NCBI GenBank assembly: GCA_965199855.1
Contig: OZ241326.1
Span: 960,001 to 1,024,000, forward strand
DNA: 64,000 nucleotides
Direction of reading: 5' to 3'
Source: a bacterium
GTDB lineage: Bacteria > UBA8248
A model generated the notes under the pieces. It saw only the letters and a program-made list of their open reading frames with translations. It searched no databases and was not told the origin of the DNA. Shown here one piece after another: positions 46,477 through 55,840 of this stretch; the first letter of the stretch is position 1; every line of letters begins with the position of its first letter. The position numbers and the translations under genes are program-made.

Positions 46477-48668
46477 AGCCGCTCTCGTCTTCCGGCGGCC
46501 GGCTCGCCGCTTTCCTCGCCGCGGGAGCGCTGGCGGCGGGCGTTTGGACGCAGGCCGGCGCGTCTTCCGCCCCGGCAGCTCGCGCCGCCGAGAAGCCGGC
46601 GCTTCAGAAAACCGGCCCGGCGAAGGTGGAGAGGCTACCGGGCGACGACGGAGCCAGGGCGGCTATCCCGCCCGCTATCGAAATCGAAATCCAGCGCCGC
46701 TTCAACGAGATCGAGAAAGAGCGGCTGGATGATCGGGCGGACACCATTGACTGGTGGCTGGCCGTAGTCGCCATCGTCCTGACGTTCTTCGGCATCGTGG
46801 TCGCCATCGCCGGGCTCATTGGCTTCAAGAAATTTCAACAAATCGAAAAAGAGGTGCTAGGAAGCGCTGAGGATGGGAAGAGACATGTAGAGGAAGCCGG
46901 GAAACTCGTGGAGGAAATTAAGGGGCATCGGGATGAATCCCAGACCATCCTCCAGAATATGACCGCCGAAAACTTTGCCGAGATGTCCAAAGACGATCCC
47001 GAAAAAGCGAGGCGAGCCGCCGAGGAAGTCCGTGAAAATCCCCGGGCCTCCCTGACGGACAGGGCGGTCGCCGCGGCGCTTTCCTTCCAGAGGGAAGGCA
47101 GGAAGGACGAAGCCGTCGAGAAATGGCGGGGAATCGCGAAGGTCGCGGAAGGGGATGACGATGATCTCGCCGCCCGCGCCTGGTTTTCCATCGGTTATCT
47201 TTTTCAGGCAAAAGGAAAACCTGGAGAAGCGATTGCCGCCTATGACGAGTCCATTCGCCTGAATCCGAACTTGGCTGAGGCCTACCTCAACCGGGGCAAT
47301 GCGAAGAACAATTTGGGTCAACACCAAGCCGCCATGGCGGATTACGATGAAGCGATCCGCCTGAAACCGGACTACGCCGAAGCCTACTCCAACCGGGGCA
47401 TTACGAAGAACAATTTGGGTCAACACCAAGCCGCCATAGCGGATTCCGATGAGGCGATCCGCCTGAAACCGGACTACGCCGAAGCCTACCTCAACCGGGG
47501 CAATGCGAAGAACAATTTGGGTCAACACCAAGCCGCCATGGCGGATTACGACGAGGCGATCCGCCTGAAACCGGACTACGCCGAAGCCTACTACAACCGG
47601 GGCAACACGAAGAAGGGTTTGGGACAATACGAAGCGGCCATGGCGGATTACGACGAGGCGATCCGCCTGAAACCGGACTACGCCGAAGCCTACCTCAACC
47701 GGGGCAATGCGAAGAACAATTTGGGTCAACACCAAGCCGCCATGGCGGATTACGACGAGGCGATCCGCCTGAAACCGGACTACGCCGAAGCCTACTACAA
47801 CCGGGGCAACACGAAGAAGGGTTTGGGACAATACGAAGCGGCCATGGCGGATTACGACGAGGCGATCCGCCTGAAACCGAACGATGCGGAAGCCTACCTC
47901 AACCGGGGCAATGCGAAGAACAATTTGGGTCAACACCAAGCCGCCATGGCGGATTACGATGAGGCGATCCGCCTGAAACCGAACGATGCGGAAGCCTATA
48001 ACAACCGGGGCAACGCGAAGGATGATCTGGGCCAGCACGAAGCGGCCATGGCGGATTACGACGAGGCGATCCGCCTGAAACCGAACGATGCGGAAGCCTA
48101 TAACAACCGGGGCAACGCGAAGGATGATCTGGGCCAGCACGAAGCGGCCATGGCGGATTACGACGAGGCGATCCGCCTGAAACCGAACGATGCGGAAGCC
48201 TATAACAACCGGGGCGTTGCGAAGAAGGGTTTGGGACAATACGAAGCCGCCATGGCGGATTACGATGAGGCGATCCGCCTGAAACCGGACTACGTGGAAG
48301 CCTATAACAACCGGGGCAACGCGAAGGATGATCTGGGCCAGCACGAAGCGGCCATAGCGGATTACGACGAATCGCTCCGCCTGAATCCGAACTTGGCTGA
48401 GGTCTACAGCAACCGGGGCAATGCGAAGAACAATTTGGGTCAACACAAAGCCGCCATGGCGGATTACGATGAGGCGATCCGCCTGAAACCGGACTACGCC
48501 ACTGCCTACTACAACCGGGGCGTTGCGTCCGTTGTTTTGGACAACAAAGACGCGGCGCGGCGGGATTTCGGGAAAGCGCGAGACTTGGCGCGAAAGGCGG
48601 GCGAGGGTGAGCTCGCAACCCGTGCTGAGTCGGCGTTGAAAGAACTGGATGATCCGCGAGGCGCATAA
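46473..48668 (+). CDS. Membrane-anchored TPR-repeat protein (~14 TPRs)
   Basis: GTG overlapping the upstream stop; signal-like N-terminus, TM helix WWLAVVAIVLTFFGIVVAIAGLIGF, 34-aa AEAYxNRGxxKxxLGQxxAAMADYDEAIRLKP repeats. Confidence 0.88.
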   Translation: MKPLSSSGGRLAAFLAAGALAAGVWTQAGASSAPAARAAEKPALQKTGPAKVERLPGDDGARAAIPPAIEIEIQRRFNEIEKERLDDRADTIDWWLAVVAIVLTFFGIVVAIAGLIGFKKFQQIEKEVLGSAEDGKRHVEEAGKLVEEIKGHRDESQTILQNMTAENFAEMSKDDPEKARRAAEEVRENPRASLTDRAVAAALSFQREGRKDEAVEKWRGIAKVAEGDDDDLAARAWFSIGYLFQAKGKPGEAIAAYDESIRLNPNLAEAYLNRGNAKNNLGQHQAAMADYDEAIRLKPDYAEAYSNRGITKNNLGQHQAAIADSDEAIRLKPDYAEAYLNRGNAKNNLGQHQAAMADYDEAIRLKPDYAEAYYNRGNTKKGLGQYEAAMADYDEAIRLKPDYAEAYLNRGNAKNNLGQHQAAMADYDEAIRLKPDYAEAYYNRGNTKKGLGQYEAAMADYDEAIRLKPNDAEAYLNRGNAKNNLGQHQAAMADYDEAIRLKPNDAEAYNNRGNAKDDLGQHEAAMADYDEAIRLKPNDAEAYNNRGNAKDDLGQHEAAMADYDEAIRLKPNDAEAYNNRGVAKKGLGQYEAAMADYDEAIRLKPDYVEAYNNRGNAKDDLGQHEAAIADYDESLRLNPNLAEVYSNRGNAKNNLGQHKAAMADYDEAIRLKPDYATAYYNRGVASVVLDNKDAARRDFGKARDLARKAGEGELATRAESALKELDDPRGA
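47274..48500 (+). repeat. 12 near-identical 102-bp tandem repeats (TPR-coding)
   Basis: GCCATGGCGGATTACGACGAGGCGATCCGCCTGAAACCG recurs every 102 bp. Confidence 0.92.
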
Positions 48669-48760
48669 CCCCGCTTGACGGAAGGGGGACGGGAGAGAGT
48701 ATGATGTTTGCCGTCCTTTCGCCCGCTTTGACTCTCAAAAGACAAAAGGGTTGATTCGGC

Positions 48761-49849
48761 ATGTCGGCTCCGAAAACGGAGACTGAACCGCAAGGAGGCG
48801 AGAGCGCGGAAGGGACGCCTCCCGGAGCGAACGGGGCGGCCCATCGCTCCCGGGCGCGCGTCGAAGCGGCCGGGGAGACGGCGGCGTTCAACCGCATTTC
48901 GACAGGCGACGCCAGGGAGCTGCTCGCCTCGTTGCCGGACGCCTGCGTCGATCTCAGCTTCTGGTCGCCGCCCTACTGGGTCGGCAAGGCGTATGAGACC
49001 CACCTCACTTTCGAGGACTGGAAGCGGCTGCTGGCGGAGGTGATTCGCGCCCATCGGCGGGTCGTGAAGCCCGGCGCCTTTCTCGCCGTGAACATCGGCG
49101 ACATTCTCTGCTTCCCGGACGCTTCGATGCCGCGCATCCAGGCCGACAGCGTGCGAGGCAAGAAGGCGGCGGTCACCCGGGAGGACGCGCTGGCGGCCCA
49201 AGCGCGGCATCCGGATGCCAGCCGGCATGAACTCGCCGCGTTGCTCGGGTGCAGCGAGCAGACCGTGCAGCGCCGAATCGAGGGCAACAACGTCCGCGGC
49301 GGCAAGCGCGCCGTATCCACCAGGGTCATGCTGACCTGGTGCCTGCTGGCGCAATGGGCCGAGGAGGCGGGTTTCTACCTCTACGACCGGCGCGTCTGGC
49401 ACAAGGACCCCTGCTGGGCGAACAGCCGCTGGCACTCGAACTCCTATCGCGCGGTTGACGAATTCGAGCACGTCTATGTGTTCTGGAACCCGGGCGCCAC
49501 CGCATACGACAGAGGCCGCCTGAGCGCCGAGGAGTGGTCGGCATGGGGGTCGCGCGGGGTGTGGCGCATCCGCTCCGTGCAGCGAAACGATCGGCACGAG
49601 GCGGAGTTTCCCGAAGAGCTGGCCGAGCGCGTCATCCGCCTGTTCTCCCCCGTCGGCGGGGTCGTGCTGGACCCCTTCGTCGGCAGCGGCACCACGACGG
49701 CGGCGGCGAACCGCCTGGGCCGGAGGTGGATCGGGTTCGACTCCGACCCGGCCTACGCCGGGATGGCGCGAAAGCGGACGCATGACGCGCGGGCGGCGGG
49801 CCCGAACGCCATGGCGCTCCTTGACGGCGCGCGCCGCGCGCGTTCCTGA
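48761..49849 (+). CDS. Beta-class N4-C/N6-A DNA methyltransferase with inserted HTH
   Basis: Motif IV SPPY, HEAEFPEEL, motif I VLDPFVGSGTT; no adjacent endonuclease. Confidence 0.88.
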   Translation: MSAPKTETEPQGGESAEGTPPGANGAAHRSRARVEAAGETAAFNRISTGDARELLASLPDACVDLSFWSPPYWVGKAYETHLTFEDWKRLLAEVIRAHRRVVKPGAFLAVNIGDILCFPDASMPRIQADSVRGKKAAVTREDALAAQARHPDASRHELAALLGCSEQTVQRRIEGNNVRGGKRAVSTRVMLTWCLLAQWAEEAGFYLYDRRVWHKDPCWANSRWHSNSYRAVDEFEHVYVFWNPGATAYDRGRLSAEEWSAWGSRGVWRIRSVQRNDRHEAEFPEELAERVIRLFSPVGGVVLDPFVGSGTTTAAANRLGRRWIGFDSDPAYAGMARKRTHDARAAGPNAMALLDGARRARS

Positions 49850-49946
49850 AAGAAATCTTCTCTGAAATTTCCCCATCTTTTTTGACGCGGCGCCCGCGCG
49901 CTCTATACGATTGCGCCCCGGCTTCATCCCCGGAGGGAGGGCGAAG

Positions 49947-51011
49947 GTGAAAATCGGCATCATCGGCCTGGCCGCCTGCGGCAAGACGACGCTGTTCAAC
50001 GCCCTGACGGGCGGCGGGGCGACGACGGGAGGCTACGGGGCGTCGCGCGCGAACGTCGGCGCGGCGCCGGTGGCGGACGCGCGCGTGGACGCGCTGAGCG
50101 CGATTTTCAGGCCGCGGAAGACCGTCCGCGCCGCGGTGAACTTCGTGGACGCGCCGGGCGTGGGCGACGCGGACGCGGCCGGGCGCGCCGAGGCGATTCC
50201 CCAGGCGCTTGAAGGGGCGGACGCTCTGCTGGCTCTCGTCCGCGCGTTCGAGGACGCGGGCGTCCCGCACCCGAAGGAGAGCGTCGATCCGGCGCGCGAC
50301 CTCGCCGACGTCCGCCTCGACCTGATCCTGCGCGATCTCTCGGTGGTCGAGCGGCGGCTGGAGCGTCTGGCGAGGCTGGCGCGGGTGAAGAAGGATCCCG
50401 CCGAGGAGGCCGAGCGGGCGTTGCTGCGGCGCATCCGGGCGGGGCTGGAGGAGGGGCGCCCCATCCTCTCGATGGGTCTCGACGAGGAAGAGTCCCGGTC
50501 CGTCAAGGGGTTCGGCTTTCTCTCCGCCAAGCCGCTCCTGGCGGTGGCGAACGTGGGCGAGGATCAGCTGGAGGCGGGCGCGGAGGTTTTTTCCGACGCT
50601 ATGGAAGGTTTCGCCCCGATGGCGCTCGCCGCGCGGCTGGAGGAGGAACTCGCGCAACTTACGGACCAGGAGCGGGCGGCGTTTCTCGCGGATTACGCCC
50701 TGGAATCCTCCGCGCTCGACAGGGTGGTTCAGGCGTCCTTCGCCCTGCTGAACCTGCGCTGCTTCTTCACCGTGGGCGAGGATGAGGTGCGCGCCTGGCC
50801 GATTCCCGCGGGAACCGTCGCCCTTCACGCGGCGGGGACGATTCACTCGGATCTCGAGCGCGGCTTCATCCGCGCCGAGGTGGTCTCCTACGCGGACTTC
50901 ATGGAGGCGGGTTCGCTCGCCGCCGCGAGGAGCCGGGGAACGCTCAGACTCGAGGGAAAGGACTACGAGGTTCAGGACGGGGACATCATGCACGTGCGCT
51001 TCAACGTGTGA
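49947..51011 (+). CDS. ychF: Redox-regulated ATPase YchF-like
   Basis: GIIGLAACGKTTLFNALT, FFTVGEDEVRAW, IHSDLERGFIRAE, EGKDYEVQDGD. Confidence 0.88.
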   Translation: MKIGIIGLAACGKTTLFNALTGGGATTGGYGASRANVGAAPVADARVDALSAIFRPRKTVRAAVNFVDAPGVGDADAAGRAEAIPQALEGADALLALVRAFEDAGVPHPKESVDPARDLADVRLDLILRDLSVVERRLERLARLARVKKDPAEEAERALLRRIRAGLEEGRPILSMGLDEEESRSVKGFGFLSAKPLLAVANVGEDQLEAGAEVFSDAMEGFAPMALAARLEEELAQLTDQERAAFLADYALESSALDRVVQASFALLNLRCFFTVGEDEVRAWPIPAGTVALHAAGTIHSDLERGFIRAEVVSYADFMEAGSLAAARSRGTLRLEGKDYEVQDGDIMHVRFNV

Positions 51012-51033
51012 GGACGCGCCGAAGGAGGCGGCC

Positions 51034-52161
51034 CTACGGACGCTCTGGGACGGCGGGGGCGCGCTCCAGGGCGGCGAGGATTCTCTCTCGCGCCCGCCGG
51101 TGGGCCGCGCAGCCGACGATTTTCAAAGCTTTCTCTCTCTCGCCGGCCTCTTCCAGACCGGGAGGCCGGCGGGCTTGCTCCAGGCTTCGCAGCCGCGCCG
51201 CGGAGGCCGCCGCCTGCGCCTCGGGGAGATCGCCCTCCCGCAGGGCGCGCGCGATGGCGGCGAGCGCTTCTTCCTGTGCTTTTTCCGAATGGCAGATGAG
51301 CGCCATGTCCGCCCCCGCGCGGATGGCCCGCAGGGCGGCCTCGGCAGGGTTCGCTATCGCGCCCATGTCCAGGTCGTCGGTGAAGGCCGCGCCGCCGAAG
51401 CCGAATTCCCCGCGCAGAAGCTCCCGCATGAACCTGGGCGAGAGGCTGGCCGGCGCAGAGGCGTCGATTTCCTCATAGAGGGCGTGGGCGGCCATGACGC
51501 AGGCGGGAGGGCGGCGGCCGATGACGCGCCGGAAGGGCTCCAGTTCGCGCGCCCTCAAGTCGTCGAGCGGGACGCGGCTGGTCGGCAGGACTTCATGCGG
51601 GTCGGGCGCCATGCCGCCGATGCCCGGAAAGTGCTTGGCGCAGGCGGCCACGCCCGCCTCTTGGAGGCCCTCGACGACGGCCGCGCCCATGCGCCCGACG
51701 AGCGCGGGCGAGGCGCCGAAGGCGCGATCCCCGATGACGGCGCAGGCGGGGTTCGAGAGCGCGTCCAGCACGGGGGCGAAATTCAGGTTCACGCCGACGG
51801 CGGCGAGCTCCGCCCCGGTGATGCGGGCGGCCTCGCGCGCGAGGGCGGTGTCGCCCGCGTCGCCAAAGGCCCGCGCCGCCGGGAAGGTGGTGAAGTCGGC
51901 GGAGAGGCGGTTCACGCGCCCGCCTTCCTGGTCGATGCCGACCAGGAGCGGAAGCCCCTCGGGCGAGGCGCGGGCGGCCTCCTGGAGGGAGGCGATGAGC
52001 GCGGCCGTCTGCGGGGCGGATTCGATGTTTCTGGCAAAGAGAATGACGCCGCCGATTCTCCCCTCTCGCGCGCGCTCGATGAGCGCGGCCGGCGCCTCCG
52101 CGCCCTCGAAGCCGACCATGAGAAGACGCCCGGCGCGGACCTCGGGAGAGAGGGGCGTCAT
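51034..52161 (-). CDS. nagZ: GH3 beta-N-acetylhexosaminidase
   Basis: GGVILFARN, DQEGGRVNR, NFAPVLD, KHFPG, TDDLDM. Confidence 0.88.
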   Translation of the reverse strand: MTPLSPEVRAGRLLMVGFEGAEAPAALIERAREGRIGGVILFARNIESAPQTAALIASLQEAARASPEGLPLLVGIDQEGGRVNRLSADFTTFPAARAFGDAGDTALAREAARITGAELAAVGVNLNFAPVLDALSNPACAVIGDRAFGASPALVGRMGAAVVEGLQEAGVAACAKHFPGIGGMAPDPHEVLPTSRVPLDDLRARELEPFRRVIGRRPPACVMAAHALYEEIDASAPASLSPRFMRELLRGEFGFGGAAFTDDLDMGAIANPAEAALRAIRAGADMALICHSEKAQEEALAAIARALREGDLPEAQAAASAARLRSLEQARRPPGLEEAGEREKALKIVGCAAHRRARERILAALERAPAVPERP

Positions 52162-52170
52162 CCGCGCGCC

Positions 52171-52863
52171 TCAGCCCTTTCGCATCCGCGCGATGACGAA
52201 AGGCTCGGCCATCGGCAGGCCCGCCAGGCGGCCCGCGTCCTCCAGGCGCTGGCGCATCCGCTTTCGCATGGCTTCGGGATCCTTGATCTGGCACTTGTGC
52301 GCGCAGATCGCGCGCATTTTCGTCTCGAAGGTCTCCGAGATGTCCACGAAGAAGTTGGGGTTCAGCGCGTTGAGATACAGCAGGCTGTCCGTGTGGTGCG
52401 CCTCGATGCCCGCGCAGGCGAGCTCAGGCAGAAAGTGGTGATCCCGCGCGTAGATCACCGCCTTGAACGCGGCGTGGCCGATCGCCTGGTGGTCGGGGTG
52501 CTGATAGTGGGTTCGCCACGGGTCGTGGGTAAGGACTGCGTCCGGCCGGAAGTGGCGGATGAGGAAGGCGAGCTGGTTCCTGAACGCGCGGTCATCCTCG
52601 AGCTCGCCGTCTCGGTGCCGGAGAAACACGGTTTCCCTGACCCCCAGGATTCTCGACGCCTCGAGCTGCTCCGCCTCGCGCGTCTTGGCGAGGTCGAAGG
52701 GGCTTACGTCCTCCTTCGTGCCCTTGTCGCCGTTCGTGCAGACGACGGTGCGCACGGCGGCGCCTTCCCCCGTCCAGCGGGCGATGCTCCCGCCGGCGGA
52801 GAGCTCCGCGTCGTCGGGGTGGGCGACGATGACGAGCACTTCCTGAAATTCCGCGCGATTCAA
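52171..52863 (-). CDS. PIG-L family GlcNAc deacetylase (MshB/BshB-like)
   Basis: AHPDDAE, TNGDKG, HPDH. Confidence 0.9.
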   Translation of the reverse strand: MNRAEFQEVLVIVAHPDDAELSAGGSIARWTGEGAAVRTVVCTNGDKGTKEDVSPFDLAKTREAEQLEASRILGVRETVFLRHRDGELEDDRAFRNQLAFLIRHFRPDAVLTHDPWRTHYQHPDHQAIGHAAFKAVIYARDHHFLPELACAGIEAHHTDSLLYLNALNPNFFVDISETFETKMRAICAHKCQIKDPEAMRKRMRQRLEDAGRLAGLPMAEPFVIARMRKG

Positions 52864-52881
52864 TGCCGTTTTCCTTGTCGT

Positions 52882-54189
52882 TCAAGAAGCATGATGGGAG
52901 GAGAGCGCGGCCCCGGGCGCGCCGGCGCGTTCGCCCGCCAGACCCGTCCAGACCTCGAGCTCCGCCTCCGCGGCGCGCGTCCAGGCGAACGACCCCGCCC
53001 AGGCCACGACCTCCCGCCGGGGGCGCTCTCGCCGGCTTTCCAGCATCCCGAGCATCTCGCGGGCGAAGGCGGCGACGTCGCCCTCGGGGACGAGGCGGCC
53101 GCTTTCGCCCTCCGAGACGGCCTGCGAGAGGCCGCCCACGTCGAAGGCGATCGTCGGCAGTCCGCAGGCGGCCGCCTCGAGGGCGGCGATGCCGAAACTC
53201 TCGTAGCGCGAGGGCAGCGCGAATACGTCGGCGGCGGAGTAGAAAAGCGGAAGCGCCTCCTGCGGCCTGGCGCCCAGAAAGAAGGCGCGCCCGGCCACGC
53301 CGCGCCGCTCGGCGAGCGCCTCCAGGCGGGAGATTTCCGCCGCTTGGGCGGGCGAGGCGAAATCCTGCGCGCGATAGGCGTTTCCTGTTTTTTCCGCGCT
53401 GTTTTTGATCTCGCCGCCGATGTGCAGAAAGCGCGCATCTAGCCCCGGGCGTTCGCGCGCGAGGATGGCGAGGGCCTCTATCAGGCAATCCAGCCCCTTG
53501 ACGCGCTCGATTCTTCCCACGCCGAGAATATAGACGCCCTCCGGGGCGAGTCCCAGCCGCTCGCGCGCCTCGCGCTTCGGATGCGGGCGGAATTTCTCCA
53601 GATCCACGCCGCAGGGGATGACGCGGATATCCGCCGCGCCGGCCATCGCGCGCAGGGCGCGCGCCTCTGCGGGGGAGGAGGCGAGAAGCGCGTCCGCCAG
53701 CCGAGCCAAGGCGGGCTCGGCCGCCAGCCGCGCCGCCGATTCACGCGCGCCGGCGGGGGACAGGGCGTCGTTCTTGAGCGCGGCCAGAGTGTGAAAGCGA
53801 ATGGCGAGGGGGACGCCCCACCTCCCGGCCAGCGTCTGGCCCGCGAGGCCCGATAGCCAGTAGTGCGCGGAAATCCCATCGTAGCGAATCCGGCGCTCCT
53901 CCGCGAACGCCAGAATCCCCCGGGCGAATTCCTCGACCCATGCGCGCTGGGCGTCCTTGCCCAGCTTCTCCCGGGGCCCCGCCTCGATGCGGATGAGGCG
54001 GCTTCCGGGGGCGAGCGGAACCAGCGCGTCGGCTTCGTCCGAATCGAGACGGGTGAAGACGTCCGTCCGCGCGCCCAGGGCCGCGAGCGCCCTGGCGGTT
54101 TCGCGCGCGTAGACGTTCATGCCGCCCGCCAGGTCGCCGCCCAGGGGGGCGAGCGGGTCGGTGTGCATCGAGAGCATCGCCAGGCGCAT
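52882..54189 (-). CDS. GT4 glycosyltransferase, MshA-like
   Basis: SMHTDPLAPLGGDLAGGMNVY, AHYWLSG, FHTL, PSRYESFG. Confidence 0.88.
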   Translation of the reverse strand: MRLAMLSMHTDPLAPLGGDLAGGMNVYARETARALAALGARTDVFTRLDSDEADALVPLAPGSRLIRIEAGPREKLGKDAQRAWVEEFARGILAFAEERRIRYDGISAHYWLSGLAGQTLAGRWGVPLAIRFHTLAALKNDALSPAGARESAARLAAEPALARLADALLASSPAEARALRAMAGAADIRVIPCGVDLEKFRPHPKREARERLGLAPEGVYILGVGRIERVKGLDCLIEALAILARERPGLDARFLHIGGEIKNSAEKTGNAYRAQDFASPAQAAEISRLEALAERRGVAGRAFFLGARPQEALPLFYSAADVFALPSRYESFGIAALEAAACGLPTIAFDVGGLSQAVSEGESGRLVPEGDVAAFAREMLGMLESRRERPRREVVAWAGSFAWTRAAEAELEVWTGLAGERAGAPGAALSSHHAS

Positions 54190-54203
54190 CGCCTCCTCCT
54201 TCG

Positions 54204-55217
54204 TCAGGCGCTCCTTGCGAGCCGCGCGCGCATCACGCGCTCGTCGCGCGCCCCGAAGCGGTATTTGTAGCCCTCGTCGCCCCGCAGCAGGTCGAAGGCG
54301 GCGCGCCCCGCGCGAATCGCCTCCTCCACCTTGTGGGCGAGCAGCACCACGCCCGCGCTCAACTCGCGCTCCACGGGGTCGAAGCCCGAGTTGTAGAGGT
54401 ACACCCTGTCGCGGTAGTCGAAGGCGAGGTGGGCAGCGACGGGGTGGTCGTCCACCCGCATGATCGTCAGGTCCAGATAGCCCAGCGCGAGCATCTCCCG
54501 GCTCGCGTCCTCGAAGAAGGCTTTTCTCGCGGGGTTCCAGAAATCGGACTTCTCCGGCTGACTGAGCGCGTGGAGGGCGATGAAGTCGCGCAAGTCGGCC
54601 TCGAGCGCCTCCGCCGAGGCCGTTCGCTCGTAGGCCAGCCCCTCCTCCATGTTGGCTTTTCGCGCCTTGCGCCGCAGGTCGCGCTCGTCCCTGGGATGAA
54701 GGGTTCTGGCGAACTCCGCCCAGGAGCCGGGCAGAGTGATGACGGGGCAGACCTCCTCCTGGGAGATCGAGACGGCGTCTCCCGTCAGATCCACAAGAGC
54801 GGATAGGGTGGGGGACGCCTCGGGAATTCCCCGAAGGGAGAGCTCCCGCCACGCGGGGGCGTCCGGCTCGAGCAGGGCGGAGAGAATCACCCGCCAGACC
54901 GCCAAGTGCGCCCCGTCGGCGGCCACGATGTCGAGGTAGTCGGAGAGGTCGTCTCCTCCCGTGAGCCGCAGCCGCCCATCCTCGTTCAGGAGTAGGGGCG
55001 CGACGCCCAGGAGCGCGCCGTCCTCCCCGCGCGCGGCGTAGATGCGCAGCTCGCCCGCTCCGAAATTCTTCCACCAGCAGGCGTGCCACGCGGGGTCGTA
55101 GAAGGGGTGCGCGTGGCGCGAGCGCGCCATGAGCGCGCGCCATTCGGCCGCGAGCACGGCGAACGCCGCCGCCGATGAGAAGACCTCTGTTCGCAAGGAG
55201 CAACAGCTTCGCGGCAT
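54204..55217 (-). CDS. GNAT acetyltransferase, CelD/BcsL family
   Basis: LSDYLD, YLYNSGFDP, FDLLRGDEGYKYRFG. Confidence 0.85.
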   Translation of the reverse strand: MPRSCCSLRTEVFSSAAAFAVLAAEWRALMARSRHAHPFYDPAWHACWWKNFGAGELRIYAARGEDGALLGVAPLLLNEDGRLRLTGGDDLSDYLDIVAADGAHLAVWRVILSALLEPDAPAWRELSLRGIPEASPTLSALVDLTGDAVSISQEEVCPVITLPGSWAEFARTLHPRDERDLRRKARKANMEEGLAYERTASAEALEADLRDFIALHALSQPEKSDFWNPARKAFFEDASREMLALGYLDLTIMRVDDHPVAAHLAFDYRDRVYLYNSGFDPVERELSAGVVLLAHKVEEAIRAGRAAFDLLRGDEGYKYRFGARDERVMRARLARSA

Positions 55218-55243
55218 CGGGATTCCTTCGCGTCCCTGCGGCC

Positions 55244-55840
55244 TCAGCCGGACTGGCTCAGCGCGACGAAGCTGACCGGAGGGTGGCCCGCCAGCGGCTC
55301 CGAGAGGCGCGAGCGGCCGAAGACGAAAAAGCGGTCGTGGTAGAGCGTCTGAAACTGGGTGAAGCCCGCCTTGCTCACCCCGCGCCTCGAGGCCCGGTTG
55401 CCCGATTCCACGAAGATGAGGGAGCGCTTGAGCCTCAGGCCTTCCCCGTATTTCAGCGCGCGCCTCAGCACGGAGGGGTAGAGGTTCTTCCCCCGCCAGG
55501 GTTCGAGGGTGAAGGCGTCATAGAGATAGATTTCCGCCGCTTCGGGCTTCACGGCGCGGTCGATTTCCTCCACGCCCACGACGCCGCGCGCCCCCCAGAT
55601 GTAGCTCACCGCCTTGCCCTCCTCGAGGGCGGCGAAGCATTTCTCGCCGCGCTCGAAGCGCTTCGACGTCAGATTCTCGCCCTGCACGTCGGAGATCAGG
55701 CGGCGGTTGGGGGAGGCGCGGTCGAGGATGACGTGCTCCACCTTGATTCTCGCCTCGCCGGGCGGTATCTCGGCCGGATGCTGAAAGTCGTAGAGACACA
55801 GCTCCACCGAAGTGAGAAGCGTCGCCCTCAGAAAATTCAA
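55244..55840 (-). CDS. GNAT family acetyltransferase
   Basis: YDAFTLEPWRGKNL acetyl-CoA loop, NRASRR...KAGF. Confidence 0.75.
   Translation of the reverse strand: MNFLRATLLTSVELCLYDFQHPAEIPPGEARIKVEHVILDRASPNRRLISDVQGENLTSKRFERGEKCFAALEEGKAVSYIWGARGVVGVEEIDRAVKPEAAEIYLYDAFTLEPWRGKNLYPSVLRRALKYGEGLRLKRSLIFVESGNRASRRGVSKAGFTQFQTLYHDRFFVFGRSRLSEPLAGHPPVSFVALSQSG

Noticed and set aside
47274-48500. Diversity-generating retroelement or CRISPR-like array
   Set aside because: These are in-frame TPR coding repeats with no unique spacers, no reverse transcriptase and no adenine-specific template/variable pair.
44505-48668. 1387-aa giant ORF
   Set aside because: The first ~650 codons overlap yafQ/dinJ and the C26 hydrolase and look like GC-rich off-frame sequence; the real gene likely starts at GTG 46473.
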